Shown: positions 40,125 to 49,580 of the stretch, piece after piece | Numbering within the stretch: position 1 is the stretch's first letter | Layout of the letters: every line of letters starts with the position of its first letter | Source of the DNA: Nanobdellota archaeon | GTDB taxonomy: Archaea; Nanobdellota; Nanobdellia; Parvarchaeales; Parvarchaeaceae | NCBI GenBank assembly: GCA_021817165.1 | Contig: JAKAVT010000001.1 | Span: 76,236-140,235, forward strand | Reading direction: 5' to 3' | Length of the DNA: 64,000 nucleotides | Translations under genes and position numbers: made by a program | The notes under the pieces: model-generated | What the model was told of the DNA's origin: nothing | The model's database searches: none | Seen by the model: the letters and a program-made list of their open reading frames with translations, nothing else

Positions 40125-40832
40125 TTACAAGACATATTCTATTTCGTTTTCAGAACCGTGTTTTTCCTGGAATTTTTTGAATGCGTTTCCTAGATCATTT
40201 TTATCGTAGCTGTTTAATTCTTCTGCAACCCTGTGTGCAAATGCCTTTGCTCTGAAATAGAAATTTGGCAGAAGAGCCTCGAATCTTTCTGGTGTTTCTG
40301 CCTTTATTTTTTCAATCTTGCCAAATTCTTCGTAACCTGCTTTTTTTGCCAATGCGGCATTTCCGGTTTTAGGGTCCTTTATGAACTTTGGCATGGCCAT
40401 CATAACTTTTTCTTCAGGTATGTATAAAAATAATGCGGTAAAGGCTGGATTTGAACTGTACTTTGCCTTGTAATTTTGTGCAACGCCCGTATATCTTTTC
40501 ACAAGGTTAAGATATAGATATCCTCCTTTTTCATGTAAAGCCGCTTCGTATGCGTTATCGTTGTTTATATCGATGCCTGTTTTTAAAAGCCAATCAGAAG
40601 TAGTAAGAAAATAGGTTGCGCTTGATTTGATCATGTCATCTTTGCTCAGTCTATAGACTTTTCCTTTTATATTATTCTTGTCCTGTCCTTCAACATAAGG
40701 TAAAACTTCTATGTTTATTGCTGTCGAATCTAAAGAATCCAGGATAGCGTCCATTGCATTTTCTAATTTGGATTCCTTGTATTTATTGTACGCTTTATCG
40801 GCAGCAAAACCTATCAAATCAAATAACCCCAT
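40125..40832 (-). CDS. Hypothetical protein
   Basis: 235-aa ORF with normal composition; no recognised motif; MGLFDLIGF N-terminus. Confidence 0.75.
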   Translation of the reverse strand: MGLFDLIGFAADKAYNKYKESKLENAMDAILDSLDSTAINIEVLPYVEGQDKNNIKGKVYRLSKDDMIKSSATYFLTTSDWLLKTGIDINNDNAYEAALHEKGGYLYLNLVKRYTGVAQNYKAKYSSNPAFTALFLYIPEEKVMMAMPKFIKDPKTGNAALAKKAGYEEFGKIEKIKAETPERFEALLPNFYFRAKAFAHRVAEELNSYDKNDLGNAFKKFQEKHGSENEIEYVL

Positions 40833-40902
40833 AGCTTATTTTGATTATTTCTATTATAAATATTTAATCCAATCCGGTAGGTAATAAAATTCAATAAAAA
40901 AG

Positions 40903-40974
40903 CGCCCGGGGCAGGATTCGAACCTGCAACACATTGGTTAACAGCCAATTGCTCTGCCGTTGAGCTACTCGGGC
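40903..40974 (-). tRNA. tRNA-Asn(GTT)
   Basis: GCCCGAG/CCCGGGC-G (A6.C67 mismatch), ATTGG-CTGTTAA-CCAAT, GCAGG-TTCGAAT-CCTGC. Confidence 0.93.
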
Positions 40975-40975
40975 A

Positions 40976-42172
40976 TTAATTAATAAATATTGATTTGGGA
41001 GACATATATTCTTTTATTTTAAGCAATATAAATTTATTGAAGTCTTTAACATTATAAGGTTTATCATAACAAACATACTTGCCAGCGATAAACACCTTTT
41101 TATGGGCCTTAATGAAATTTTTGAGTATTCCGATGTCGGAGAATACTGCCGGCCCGGCAACTGCTTTTGTTTTGCTTTTTGGTAAGTTCTTTATCTGCAG
41201 GAAGAGGGTGGCATTTCTTGCAGTGTAATCTATGTCATAAGAATAAATTTCTACATCCATCATTTTAAGCTCCTTTACTAATTTATCCAGATTCTTGACA
41301 TACTTTGAAAGGAACATGTCCCTGGGTTCTATTATTTTAGTCGTAAAAACAAACAGCTTTGTACCGCGCAGTTTAACTTCTTTAAGTACCTTGTCTTTAA
41401 GGTTTTCCTTTATGAAGAAGTCAAATGATGGGACAAGATAAAACCGCTTAATTGAAAGAACAAACTTCGACAGGTTTTCTTCGTTAACGGATGCACAGAT
41501 ATTTCTCTTCGGATTAGTTGGATCTCGAAGGAAGATTGGAAAAGCGCTGTCCCCTGCGGATTTGCCTATTCTAACCGGTAAAGTCCAGGAATTAACTGCT
41601 TTTACGAGAGACATGAAGCTGCCGAATTCCTTTATCATTACTTCTAAAGAATACCCGGAAAAACCGTGCATGTAAGTCTCCGAACCGTAACAGTTATTAG
41701 CCTTACAAAAAGCCTTTAATATTATAACGTCATTTTTCTGCGATTTTGATAAAAATGAGTTTATGTAATTTGCATGCAGCACGGAAAGATCTATTGAATT
41801 TTCTATTAAAGTCATGTCAGAAAAGCGGCGAACCGGCACAACCTCTATTTTTACTCCTTTAAAAATTCCTTTGAAATACTTTCTTGTCCCGAATGTAGAA
41901 ATAAAATCTTTTGGGACTAGAAATGAAAGCCCTTTCATTTCCTCCTCAGAATTAAAAATAGCAAATATGTCTATGTCGCTTTCATTCTTTATCCAGGTCC
42001 CTTTTGCGTAAGAGCCGCCAAATTTAAACTCTACATTCACTCCTTTACTATTCGCATTTTTAATAAGCAGACTGATAATCTCGTTGGCCACTCTACTCAA
42101 TTTATCGAATTCTTTTACCGAAGGCACAAATACTGAATATGCTCTGTCAAATACTTTTTTATACTTATCCAT
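40976..42172 (-). CDS. cca: CCA-adding enzyme (archaeal class I)
   Basis: GGSYAKGTWI..ESDIDIF, IEVVP, DLSVLH, YGSE....GFSGYSLE, DPTNP.RN; start at MDKYKK (42172). Confidence 0.93.
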   Translation of the reverse strand: MDKYKKVFDRAYSVFVPSVKEFDKLSRVANEIISLLIKNANSKGVNVEFKFGGSYAKGTWIKNESDIDIFAIFNSEEEMKGLSFLVPKDFISTFGTRKYFKGIFKGVKIEVVPVRRFSDMTLIENSIDLSVLHANYINSFLSKSQKNDVIILKAFCKANNCYGSETYMHGFSGYSLEVMIKEFGSFMSLVKAVNSWTLPVRIGKSAGDSAFPIFLRDPTNPKRNICASVNEENLSKFVLSIKRFYLVPSFDFFIKENLKDKVLKEVKLRGTKLFVFTTKIIEPRDMFLSKYVKNLDKLVKELKMMDVEIYSYDIDYTARNATLFLQIKNLPKSKTKAVAGPAVFSDIGILKNFIKAHKKVFIAGKYVCYDKPYNVKDFNKFILLKIKEYMSPKSIFIN

Positions 42173-42247
42173 AACAATATATCGTTTAAAAGATATTAAT
42201 AAATTATATAAGGCATAGAAACGATTAATCCGCATAAAAGTATTACA

Positions 42248-44947
42248 ATGGAAAATATATCTGTAAAATTAGAGAAAATATTAAAAGATGCAGGGTTTAC
42301 AGACCTTACAGAAATACAAAAATTAGTCATACCTAAGATAAAAGAGGGAAAAAACATAATATTCAGGGCCCCGACGGGGTATGGAAAAACCCTGGCAGCA
42401 TTCTTGCCGCTGCTTGACAAATTAGACCCTGATTCAGAAGGCATACAACTTCTTTACATAACTCCATTAAAGTCGCTTAACAGGGACATATTCAAAAACA
42501 TAATAACAATAAGCAATAAAATGGGCATAGAAGTAGACATAAGACACGGTGACACAACAGCGTATGAAAGGGCAAACCAGGTTAGAATGCCACCGCATTG
42601 CCTGATAACAACGCCGGAAACCGTGCAATCTATATTACTTAGCAAAAAACTTGTAGAAAAGCTGAAAAATTTGAGGTATGTAATTGTAGACGAAGTTCAA
42701 AGCCTCATGGAATCCAAAAGAGGCACCCAATTTTCGGTAGGATTGGAAAGACTGCGCAGGCTGTCTAAATTCCAAGTCGTGGGGATAAGTGCTACGATAG
42801 CGGATTTTAAGGAAACAAAAGAATATCTGTCGGCAGAAGAAAGCGTAGAGTTTTCTGGTGATAAAAAGTATGATATAGAGGTTGCTTATCCAAGTTTCAA
42901 GAGTGAAGACGAAGAAGTTGCATCAAAAGAAAACGTAAGTAAACTGGTTGCAAATTCACTTAGATACATAAGCGACGCAATCAAAAATTCAAAGTCAACG
43001 ATAATATTCACAAATACGCGGGAAACTGCAGAACTGCTTGGATCTAGGTTAAGTAAATTTTTAAAGGACAAAAAAATGGAAGTGCACCATAGCTCGCTGT
43101 CAAAGGAAGTAAGAATGGAAATAGAAAACGCGTTCAAAGTAGGCGATATAGATCTTATGATAGCTACAAGTTCGCTGGAGCTGGGAATAGACATAGGAAA
43201 CGTAGATTTAGTCATACAGTATATGTCTCCAAGACAGGTAATAAAGCTGGTACAAAGGGTTGGAAGATCAAACCACAACCAGTTGGGGATAGCGAAAGGA
43301 AAACTCGTAACAATAAACATAGATGACTACCTTGAAAGCAAAGCGATAGATAATTGCAGGCTGGCAGGAAAGCTTGAAATCATTTCATTGCCCGTTCAAA
43401 GCCTAGATATACTCGCACATCAGATAGTAGGACTGGTAATAGACGGCGTGCAGAAAAAAGACGAAATATTCGAGGTCGTTAAAAAAAGCTATGCATACAA
43501 AGAACTAAAAAAGGAGAAATTTGATGAAGTGATAGACTTTCTAATCAAGCATTACATGATTAGATATTATGGAGAGGGTCTTATAAGAACCAGAAAAGGC
43601 CTGCTCTTTTACATAAATAACATATCCTCCATACCGGATAAAAAAAGTTACATCGTAATAGACAGCCAGCTGAACAAAAGAGTGGGAGTATTAGACGAAG
43701 AATTCGTAGCTGAAAACGGAAAACCTGGGAATAATTTTATAATGCGCGGAGAGAATTGGAAGATAGTAAAGATAGAAAACCAGAAAATAGAAGTCGTGAG
43801 AACAACAAGCAACATTGGAGCCATACCTGCATGGGAAGGTGAATTAATGCCCGTATACAGATTCGTGGCAGAAGAAGCTGCGAATCTGAGGGAGGAATAT
43901 TCTAATAAATTTTCAGTCTTAAAGGAGCAGAAGGAAAACTTCACAATTCCGAACTCAAAAAGAATAGTAATAGAAAAAGTGGATGATTATTTAATAATCC
44001 ATTCTACTTTCGGCAGCATGACAAACGAAGCTATCGCAAAGGCGCTTACGTCTAAGATAACAGAAATAATCGGGGAAAGCGTAATAAGCAAAATAGATCC
44101 GTACAGAATAATGATAAAGACCCACATCCCTGCAGAAAAAATCAAGGGGATGCTGATAAATCTTGTTGATATAGAAAAGAAAATCAAAGAAAGCGTAAAA
44201 AGGACTTCGCTGTATGAATATAGATTTCTTAATATAGCAAAAAGGTTTGGAGTCATAAACAAATACGCAGATTTCACGAAGATACGGCTGAGGAGCCTCA
44301 TTGAGATGTACGATAACAGCGTATTGGAAGAAGAAACGTACAAAGAGATTTTTTCAAGTAAAATAGACGTAAAATCTGCGGAGGATGTGCTTAACAGGGT
44401 AAATAAGGGGGAGATACAGGTTATTGTAAACACTGGTGAAGCGTCTCCGCTTACATATGAAGGTCTGGAAAGTAGTTATGGTGGTTCTATAATCAAGCCG
44501 GAAGAAGCAAAAAAAGCCTTAAGGCAACTTGTATTGGAAAGAATAGAAAACACGGAGATATTCATGCAGTGCATGAACTGCGGGTATAAGATAGGAAACA
44601 TGACGGTAAAGAACACTGATGGGCTAAAATGCCCAAAGTGCAAGGCAAGATACATTGGATTTTACAAGATAAAACAGAAGGCTATTTATGAGCCTGTACT
44701 TAAAAAGGCATTTAAAAACAAGAAACTAGGCAAAGAAGAGCAACTCCTTTTTGACAGCGTTAAACAGAATGGTGCATTGTATTTGGGATATGACAAGAAA
44801 GCCTGCATAGTCAGTTCGGCTTACGGGATAGGTGCAAAGACGGCCAGCAGGATACTATCAGCTTACAGTAAAAACGAAGAGGAATTGATAGATAGAATAA
44901 TCGAAGCAGAAAAGAACTACATAGAAACTAAAGAATTTTGGGCTTAA
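42248..44947 (+). CDS. lhr: Lhr-like SF2 helicase
   Basis: APTGYGKT, ITPLKSLNRD, RHGDT, VDEVQ, SAT, HHSSLS, ATSSLELGID, QRVGRS; C-terminal CxxC..CxxC. Confidence 0.9.
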   Translation: MENISVKLEKILKDAGFTDLTEIQKLVIPKIKEGKNIIFRAPTGYGKTLAAFLPLLDKLDPDSEGIQLLYITPLKSLNRDIFKNIITISNKMGIEVDIRHGDTTAYERANQVRMPPHCLITTPETVQSILLSKKLVEKLKNLRYVIVDEVQSLMESKRGTQFSVGLERLRRLSKFQVVGISATIADFKETKEYLSAEESVEFSGDKKYDIEVAYPSFKSEDEEVASKENVSKLVANSLRYISDAIKNSKSTIIFTNTRETAELLGSRLSKFLKDKKMEVHHSSLSKEVRMEIENAFKVGDIDLMIATSSLELGIDIGNVDLVIQYMSPRQVIKLVQRVGRSNHNQLGIAKGKLVTINIDDYLESKAIDNCRLAGKLEIISLPVQSLDILAHQIVGLVIDGVQKKDEIFEVVKKSYAYKELKKEKFDEVIDFLIKHYMIRYYGEGLIRTRKGLLFYINNISSIPDKKSYIVIDSQLNKRVGVLDEEFVAENGKPGNNFIMRGENWKIVKIENQKIEVVRTTSNIGAIPAWEGELMPVYRFVAEEAANLREEYSNKFSVLKEQKENFTIPNSKRIVIEKVDDYLIIHSTFGSMTNEAIAKALTSKITEIIGESVISKIDPYRIMIKTHIPAEKIKGMLINLVDIEKKIKESVKRTSLYEYRFLNIAKRFGVINKYADFTKIRLRSLIEMYDNSVLEEETYKEIFSSKIDVKSAEDVLNRVNKGEIQVIVNTGEASPLTYEGLESSYGGSIIKPEEAKKALRQLVLERIENTEIFMQCMNCGYKIGNMTVKNTDGLKCPKCKARYIGFYKIKQKAIYEPVLKKAFKNKKLGKEEQLLFDSVKQNGALYLGYDKKACIVSSAYGIGAKTASRILSAYSKNEEELIDRIIEAEKNYIETKEFWA

Positions 44948-44948
44948 A

Positions 44949-45647
44949 TCAAACGAAAATGTCGTCTACGTTGTGGTCTTTGCCGTGCGAAACGCAGATA
45001 AGATCAGGCTTCAGTTCTTTTATTTTATTTATGCTGTTTATAAGCGAGATATAATCCTCAAAAAACGGCGGCGATTCAAGCCTTTTGTTAGTTCCCTGTA
45101 ATAAGTCTCCCACTATCGCCGTCTTTGAATTTACAAGGTAGATTGATATAGAGTCTTTTGTATGGCCAGGAGTCTCGATTATCTTTGCGTTTATCCCCAT
45201 CTCCTTTGGAAAAACGCCCTCCTTCAATTTCATATCCGGCTTTATATATTTGGGTTTAGTGAATTTAAGCATAATCGGCAGAAAAATTGCAAAGACCTTG
45301 TTCTTAAACGATTTTGAATTTGAAACCGGCATCAGAATGCCTTTGCTTCCATCAACGTACGGTATTCCGTTCTCGTTTATGCCTATGTGGGCATTGCTCA
45401 TTTTTTGCAACGCATATGCACTCCCAAAATGATCGATGTGTGAATGCGTCAATAGGATGTACTTTATATCGCTCACGGATTTTCCTATGCTGTTTATGTA
45501 CGCGATTATCTTCTTTTCGCTGTTTGGCAAACCTGTGTCTACCAGTATCAAACCATTTTTAGATTCTATTAGAAATACTTTTACGGTTCCTAGGTTTATT
45601 TCATGCAGCACATCATTTATTTTTATCCCTAAGCTTTTCTTTGCCAT
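44949..45647 (-). CDS. Metallo-beta-lactamase-fold hydrolase
   Basis: LVDTG, THSHIDHFG, TPGHT, VGDL, HG motifs; probable start MAKKSL (45647). Confidence 0.85.
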   Translation of the reverse strand: MAKKSLGIKINDVLHEINLGTVKVFLIESKNGLILVDTGLPNSEKKIIAYINSIGKSVSDIKYILLTHSHIDHFGSAYALQKMSNAHIGINENGIPYVDGSKGILMPVSNSKSFKNKVFAIFLPIMLKFTKPKYIKPDMKLKEGVFPKEMGINAKIIETPGHTKDSISIYLVNSKTAIVGDLLQGTNKRLESPPFFEDYISLINSINKIKELKPDLICVSHGKDHNVDDIFV

Positions 45648-45772
45648 ATATAGTAATTTTCTCTCAACTCTAACGCTTTGTTCCAAACTACCCTGCTGCA
45701 GCCGAAATATTTTGAAAACAGTTCTTGCTGCTTTTCATTTGGGTACAACCTGAATTTGTATGCTGTTAACAT
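45629..45772 (-). pseudogene. tnpB: Truncated IS200/IS605-family tnpB (N-terminal HTH only, 47 aa)
   Basis: MLTAYKFRLYPNEKQQELFSKYFGCSRVVWNKALELRENYY matches the AYKFRLYP..Q...FGC.R.VWN.AL TnpB N-terminus; GAGGT SD-like motif at 45784-45788. Confidence 0.85.
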
Positions 45773-45860
45773 ATTGTTATTCTACCTCTTCTGCTATTTA
45801 TGTTTTCCACTTTTTGTTCGCTTTCATCCCGCGATTTAACTTGTGGGTTTTCCCGCTCAC
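45629..45860 (-). mobile_element. Left-end relic of an IS605/IS1341-type element
   Basis: Imperfect subterminal palindrome CCCGCGA-TTTAAC-TTGTGGG (45828-45847) upstream of the tnpB fragment; the rest of tnpB and the right end are absent. Confidence 0.6.
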
Positions 45861-45890
45861 ACTTTATAAATGCTTATTTACAAGATAAAA

Positions 45891-45953
45891 GCGCTCAGAA
45901 GCTACCCTACTCTTCATCGCAAAGCTCAGCAGGTGTTCATTTCATCATTGCGC
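45891..45953 (-). ncRNA. Box C/D methylation-guide sRNA
   Basis: GCGCA-ATGATGA (C)-AATGAACACCTG-CTGA (D')-GCTTT-GCGATGA (C')-AGAGTAGGGTAGCTT-CTGA (D)-GCGC; terminal GCGC/GCGC stem. Confidence 0.85.
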
Positions 45954-45956
45954 CGA

Positions 45957-46514
45957 TTAACCAAGATGGATTGGTGGAATTGAATTTGAGTTATTTGATG
46001 AATTTAAAACTTCAAAAAATGCGAGTAAATACGTTGAATTAGAGGTTATAGAATTGAGGTTTGTGTGGGAAATTGGCTCTTGAATCGGTGATAATTTACC
46101 ATTGCTGCCAACGTAAAATAAATTCCATGAGCCATTGAATAGATTAGCGCATAATGGGTAAACAAACTGATCTGAGAATATGCACTGTATATTACCGTTA
46201 GAAACATTATATGTAATATTACCTTGACTAAGAATGCTTTCAGTTAAATTGAGCATATTGGATATGTTAGATGCTATCAAATTTGACACTGGAACTGAAA
46301 CGACTGAGGAGATTATCGTTTCCGAGTAACCAGGTTGTAAATTAATAACATTTCCATTTAACGTTGAATTAGGTCTCAGAGCAGGAGTTGGTACAGCTAT
46401 ATAATAAGTAATCGGAGAGGTACTGGAAACGTGGGGAAAGAAGAAGAAAATAGACGAGACAAAGGCTATCGCTATAAACAATGCTGCAGCTTGTTTTAAT
46501 CTTGCATTTACCAT
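45957..46514 (-). CDS. Secreted or membrane-anchored hypothetical protein
   Basis: Basic plus hydrophobic N-terminus, Asn/Ser-rich body, Cys pair. Confidence 0.75.
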   Translation of the reverse strand: MVNARLKQAAALFIAIAFVSSIFFFFPHVSSTSPITYYIAVPTPALRPNSTLNGNVINLQPGYSETIISSVVSVPVSNLIASNISNMLNLTESILSQGNITYNVSNGNIQCIFSDQFVYPLCANLFNGSWNLFYVGSNGKLSPIQEPISHTNLNSITSNSTYLLAFFEVLNSSNNSNSIPPIHLG

Positions 46515-46554
46515 ATTTAACTGATTTTATTTGGGCTTGCCTAATATAAAAGCT

Positions 46555-47910
46555 TTATTTTACCAAAGCATATCCTATAAAAGCAACTATAAGAATTATT
46601 ATTAACCCGATTAAGAACGGCACTGGCGAGAATGCGATTAATGCTAAAAGAACCACAAAAACAAAGAAACCGAATAAGGCCCTGGAATAATTTTTCTTCT
46701 TTGAATAGACATAACCGTAACCAAACGCGAAGAATGCGAATGCTGCTGCGAAAGCCAGAGCGCTTATTATTATCAATGAAAGATAGCTGAAAACACCAGA
46801 ATTCACTATTACCGGCGCAAATATGGTTATCAATACGATTGGGACAGCGGCCGTTATGAGAAGCTTGAGATTTTCATCTCTTTGCAGAAAAGAGGGCATT
46901 AAACCGTCTTTTGACACATCGTCAAGTGTCCTATTCGAAGCATTGATCAACGCAAATGCGGTTAAGAGAATTATGATTATGGATAATGCTACTACGACGT
47001 ATTCAACGCCTAAGCCAAACGGTGCTGATAGGATGTTTGCAGTAAATATATTGGCTGTGGGGATGCTTGACAGTATAGGATAGATAAGTTTACCGACTGC
47101 TGCCGAATTCTCTGCGGTGTACACAAACGTTTGTACCAATCCGAATAGTATTATTGCTGTTATTATTATCGCCAGCAAAGCCTTTGCTACGTCTGTTCTT
47201 TTTTCGCCCTTGTAAACTATTGATGCGCCTTCAAAACCGCCATACATCCAAAGCAGTATAAGCAACCCGAATAGAAACAGAGGTGCGGAAACTGGAAGAA
47301 CATAGGAGATCTGGGCACCGCCCGGAGGATTTGTCTTACTTGAAAAGAAAGCTATGGCACCCAATGCTATAAGCAGCAAAATGAAGAATATTTTCAACGC
47401 GCCTGCAAAGTTTAAAGTTCTTCTTATCTTGTTATAGAACATCAATATCCACATTATAACAAAGATTATGTCGATTATCGCTATTGAGGTAAAAGGACTC
47501 AGCCCGAAAAACAAGGAAAGCTCCCCTACTGATGCTATCCCTGCTGCCGTTATCGTTATTATAAATGAAACGATAAGAAGGAATGCAAATATGAATGAAT
47601 ACTCCTTTGTAACTGTGTTTTTAAGAAAATTATAAGGATCATGGTTATGCGTTATGCTTATATCGTATATGAGCATTGCAATCATTAATGCAAGAAAACC
47701 CGCACCTATAACAAGATATATTGAAAATGCTCCTCCATAGACCAATGCAACGAAAAGAGGGATAACGAGTATTCCTAGGCCTATTACCCCTGCCAGACCG
47801 TGCAGGTAAAGCTCGAAAAATGAATGTTCCTTTTCCTTTTTAATGATAGGTTTCACTTTATTTTTCCTAGTGCTACTCATTTTAACGTTCTTTTTTGCCT
47901 TTCTCTGCAT
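46555..47910 (-). CDS. APC-superfamily amino acid permease
   Basis: About 12 TM helices; GVIGLGI in TM1 and WMYGGFE in TM6. Confidence 0.8.
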   Translation of the reverse strand: MQRKAKKNVKMSSTRKNKVKPIIKKEKEHSFFELYLHGLAGVIGLGILVIPLFVALVYGGAFSIYLVIGAGFLALMIAMLIYDISITHNHDPYNFLKNTVTKEYSFIFAFLLIVSFIITITAAGIASVGELSLFFGLSPFTSIAIIDIIFVIMWILMFYNKIRRTLNFAGALKIFFILLLIALGAIAFFSSKTNPPGGAQISYVLPVSAPLFLFGLLILLWMYGGFEGASIVYKGEKRTDVAKALLAIIITAIILFGLVQTFVYTAENSAAVGKLIYPILSSIPTANIFTANILSAPFGLGVEYVVVALSIIIILLTAFALINASNRTLDDVSKDGLMPSFLQRDENLKLLITAAVPIVLITIFAPVIVNSGVFSYLSLIIISALAFAAAFAFFAFGYGYVYSKKKNYSRALFGFFVFVVLLALIAFSPVPFLIGLIIILIVAFIGYALVK

Positions 47911-47941
47911 ATATTATAATAATAATTATATGCTATTTAAA

Positions 47942-49330
47942 TCATTTGTATTTACTTTCTCGTTTACCTGACTCGGTTAACAGTACAAATTCCGAATTTT
48001 TCCTAAATTCTGTTAAGTTTTTGGAATTAAGGTACGTCATTGAGGATCTTAGTCCGCCCATTAAATTATTAACTATCTTAAGTACGCTGCCTTTATACGG
48101 GATAAGGGTTTCAGTGCCCTCTGGTGTGTAACCCTCCAAATCAGCGGCTTCTTCCGTCTTTAATGCCCTATCAGAAAATGCATTTATGGAAGCCATCCCT
48201 CTGTAAAATTTATAATTTATATTTTCTTTAGTTATGACAACGCCAGGACTTTCTTCGGTTCCGGCGAAAAGACCACCTATCATCACGGTATCAGCACCGG
48301 CCGCAATGGCCTTTGCAAAGTCTGCCGATTTACTAACCCCCCCGTCTGCTATTATATTAACGCCGTTTCTTGCACATTCCAATATTGCGCTCAGCTGCGG
48401 ATAACCAACGCCAGCTACCGGCCGAGTAAGGCACGCTCCGCCAGGACCTATGCCTATTTTAACGCAGTCAGCACCTGCTTTTTTAAGATTCAAAACACCT
48501 TCTCTAGTTGCAACGTTTCCTGCAATTATACTTATTCCAAGTTTCTTAACTTCTTTCACCACTTTTGCTGTTTTCTCTAAGTAGCCGTTTGCCACGTCAA
48601 CTACTATGAAGTCTGCATCGGCTTCAACTAATGCTTTTGCTCTTTCCAGATAATCACTTCCTATCCCTATGGACCCTCCGACTATTAACCTGCCATTTTT
48701 GTCCTTAGACGCCTTGGAGTAACCATCTAGTAATTTTACGTCCTTAGAGGTTATCATGCCAATCAAGTTACCTTCTTTGTCTATTAACGGCAATTTCTCT
48801 ATTTTATTTTTATACATGAGTCTTTTTGCATCATCCAATGAAATGCCTTTGTGGGAGGTTATGACGTCCTTCGTCATTAAATCACTCACTTTCTTGTTCA
48901 TGTCCTCTTCGAATTCAAAATCCCTTCTCGTTATTATGCCGACAAGTTTTCCGTTTTCTACCACTGGAAAGCTAGTAACCTTTTTTTCGTTTACCATCTC
49001 CCGTACCTTTCCTATGGTGAAATCCTTGCTTACGACGTACGGCTTCTCTATAACTATATTCTGCTCTCTCTTTACTCTTGTTATCTCAAGCACTTCATTT
49101 TCTATGGAATTGAAGCGGTGTATTATCCCAACGCCACCTATCTTTGCCATCGATATGGCCATTGCATGCTCTGTAACCGTATCCATATTTGAGCTTACTA
49201 AAGGGAGGTTAAGCCGTATTTTATCAGTCAAATAAGTTGATGTATCGACCTGCCATCTTGAATTTATGGAAGAAACCTTTGGAATAAGCAATACGTCATC
49301 AAATGTGAATTTGTCTTTGACAATCTTCAT
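47942..49330 (-). CDS. guaB: IMPDH/GMP-reductase family protein with tandem CBS domains
   Basis: TFDDVLL.P, SSNMDTV, GIIHR, two CBS domains, [23 protein letters not shown]. Confidence 0.85.
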   Translation of the reverse strand: MKIVKDKFTFDDVLLIPKVSSINSRWQVDTSTYLTDKIRLNLPLVSSNMDTVTEHAMAISMAKIGGVGIIHRFNSIENEVLEITRVKREQNIVIEKPYVVSKDFTIGKVREMVNEKKVTSFPVVENGKLVGIITRRDFEFEEDMNKKVSDLMTKDVITSHKGISLDDAKRLMYKNKIEKLPLIDKEGNLIGMITSKDVKLLDGYSKASKDKNGRLIVGGSIGIGSDYLERAKALVEADADFIVVDVANGYLEKTAKVVKEVKKLGISIIAGNVATREGVLNLKKAGADCVKIGIGPGGACLTRPVAGVGYPQLSAILECARNGVNIIADGGVSKSADFAKAIAAGADTVMIGGLFAGTEESPGVVITKENINYKFYRGMASINAFSDRALKTEEAADLEGYTPEGTETLIPYKGSVLKIVNNLMGGLRSSMTYLNSKNLTEFRKNSEFVLLTESGKRESKYK

Positions 49331-49393
49331 ACCAGAGATTATAAAGAAAGTATTAGATTATAAATCTTTAATATTTGTCTAATTAAGCGGGAT

Positions 49394-49411
49394 ATGCATT
49401 ACTTAATGCAT
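49394..49411. promoter_or_regulatory. Perfect 8-bp inverted repeat in the divergent guaB/tRNA-Ala intergenic region
   Basis: ATGCATTA-CT-TAATGCAT. Confidence 0.35.
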
Positions 49412-49457
49412 TAAAATGCAAAGCTTTTATTTTAAACTCTTATTAGATATCATTTAT

Positions 49458-49530
49458 GGGCCGATGGCGCAATTGGCAACGCGCTCCCCTTGCACGGGAG
49501 AGACTGTGGGTTCAAATCCCATTCGGTCCA
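49458..49530 (+). tRNA. tRNA-Ala(TGC)
   Basis: GGGCCGA/TCGGTCC-A with G3:U70, CTCCC-CTTGCAC-GGGAG, GTGGG-TTCAAAT-CCCAT. Confidence 0.95.
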
Positions 49531-49580
49531 TTTTCCTGTTAATATTAAAAAATTTTAAAGCATAAACTTCTATAAAGTAG

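Noticed and set aside
45629-45860. An active TnpB/omegaRNA nuclease system
   Set aside because: Only the N-terminal HTH is present. There is no RuvC or zinc finger, no right end and no tnpA. The nearby structured RNA has C/D boxes and lies upstream, not at a tnpB 3' end.
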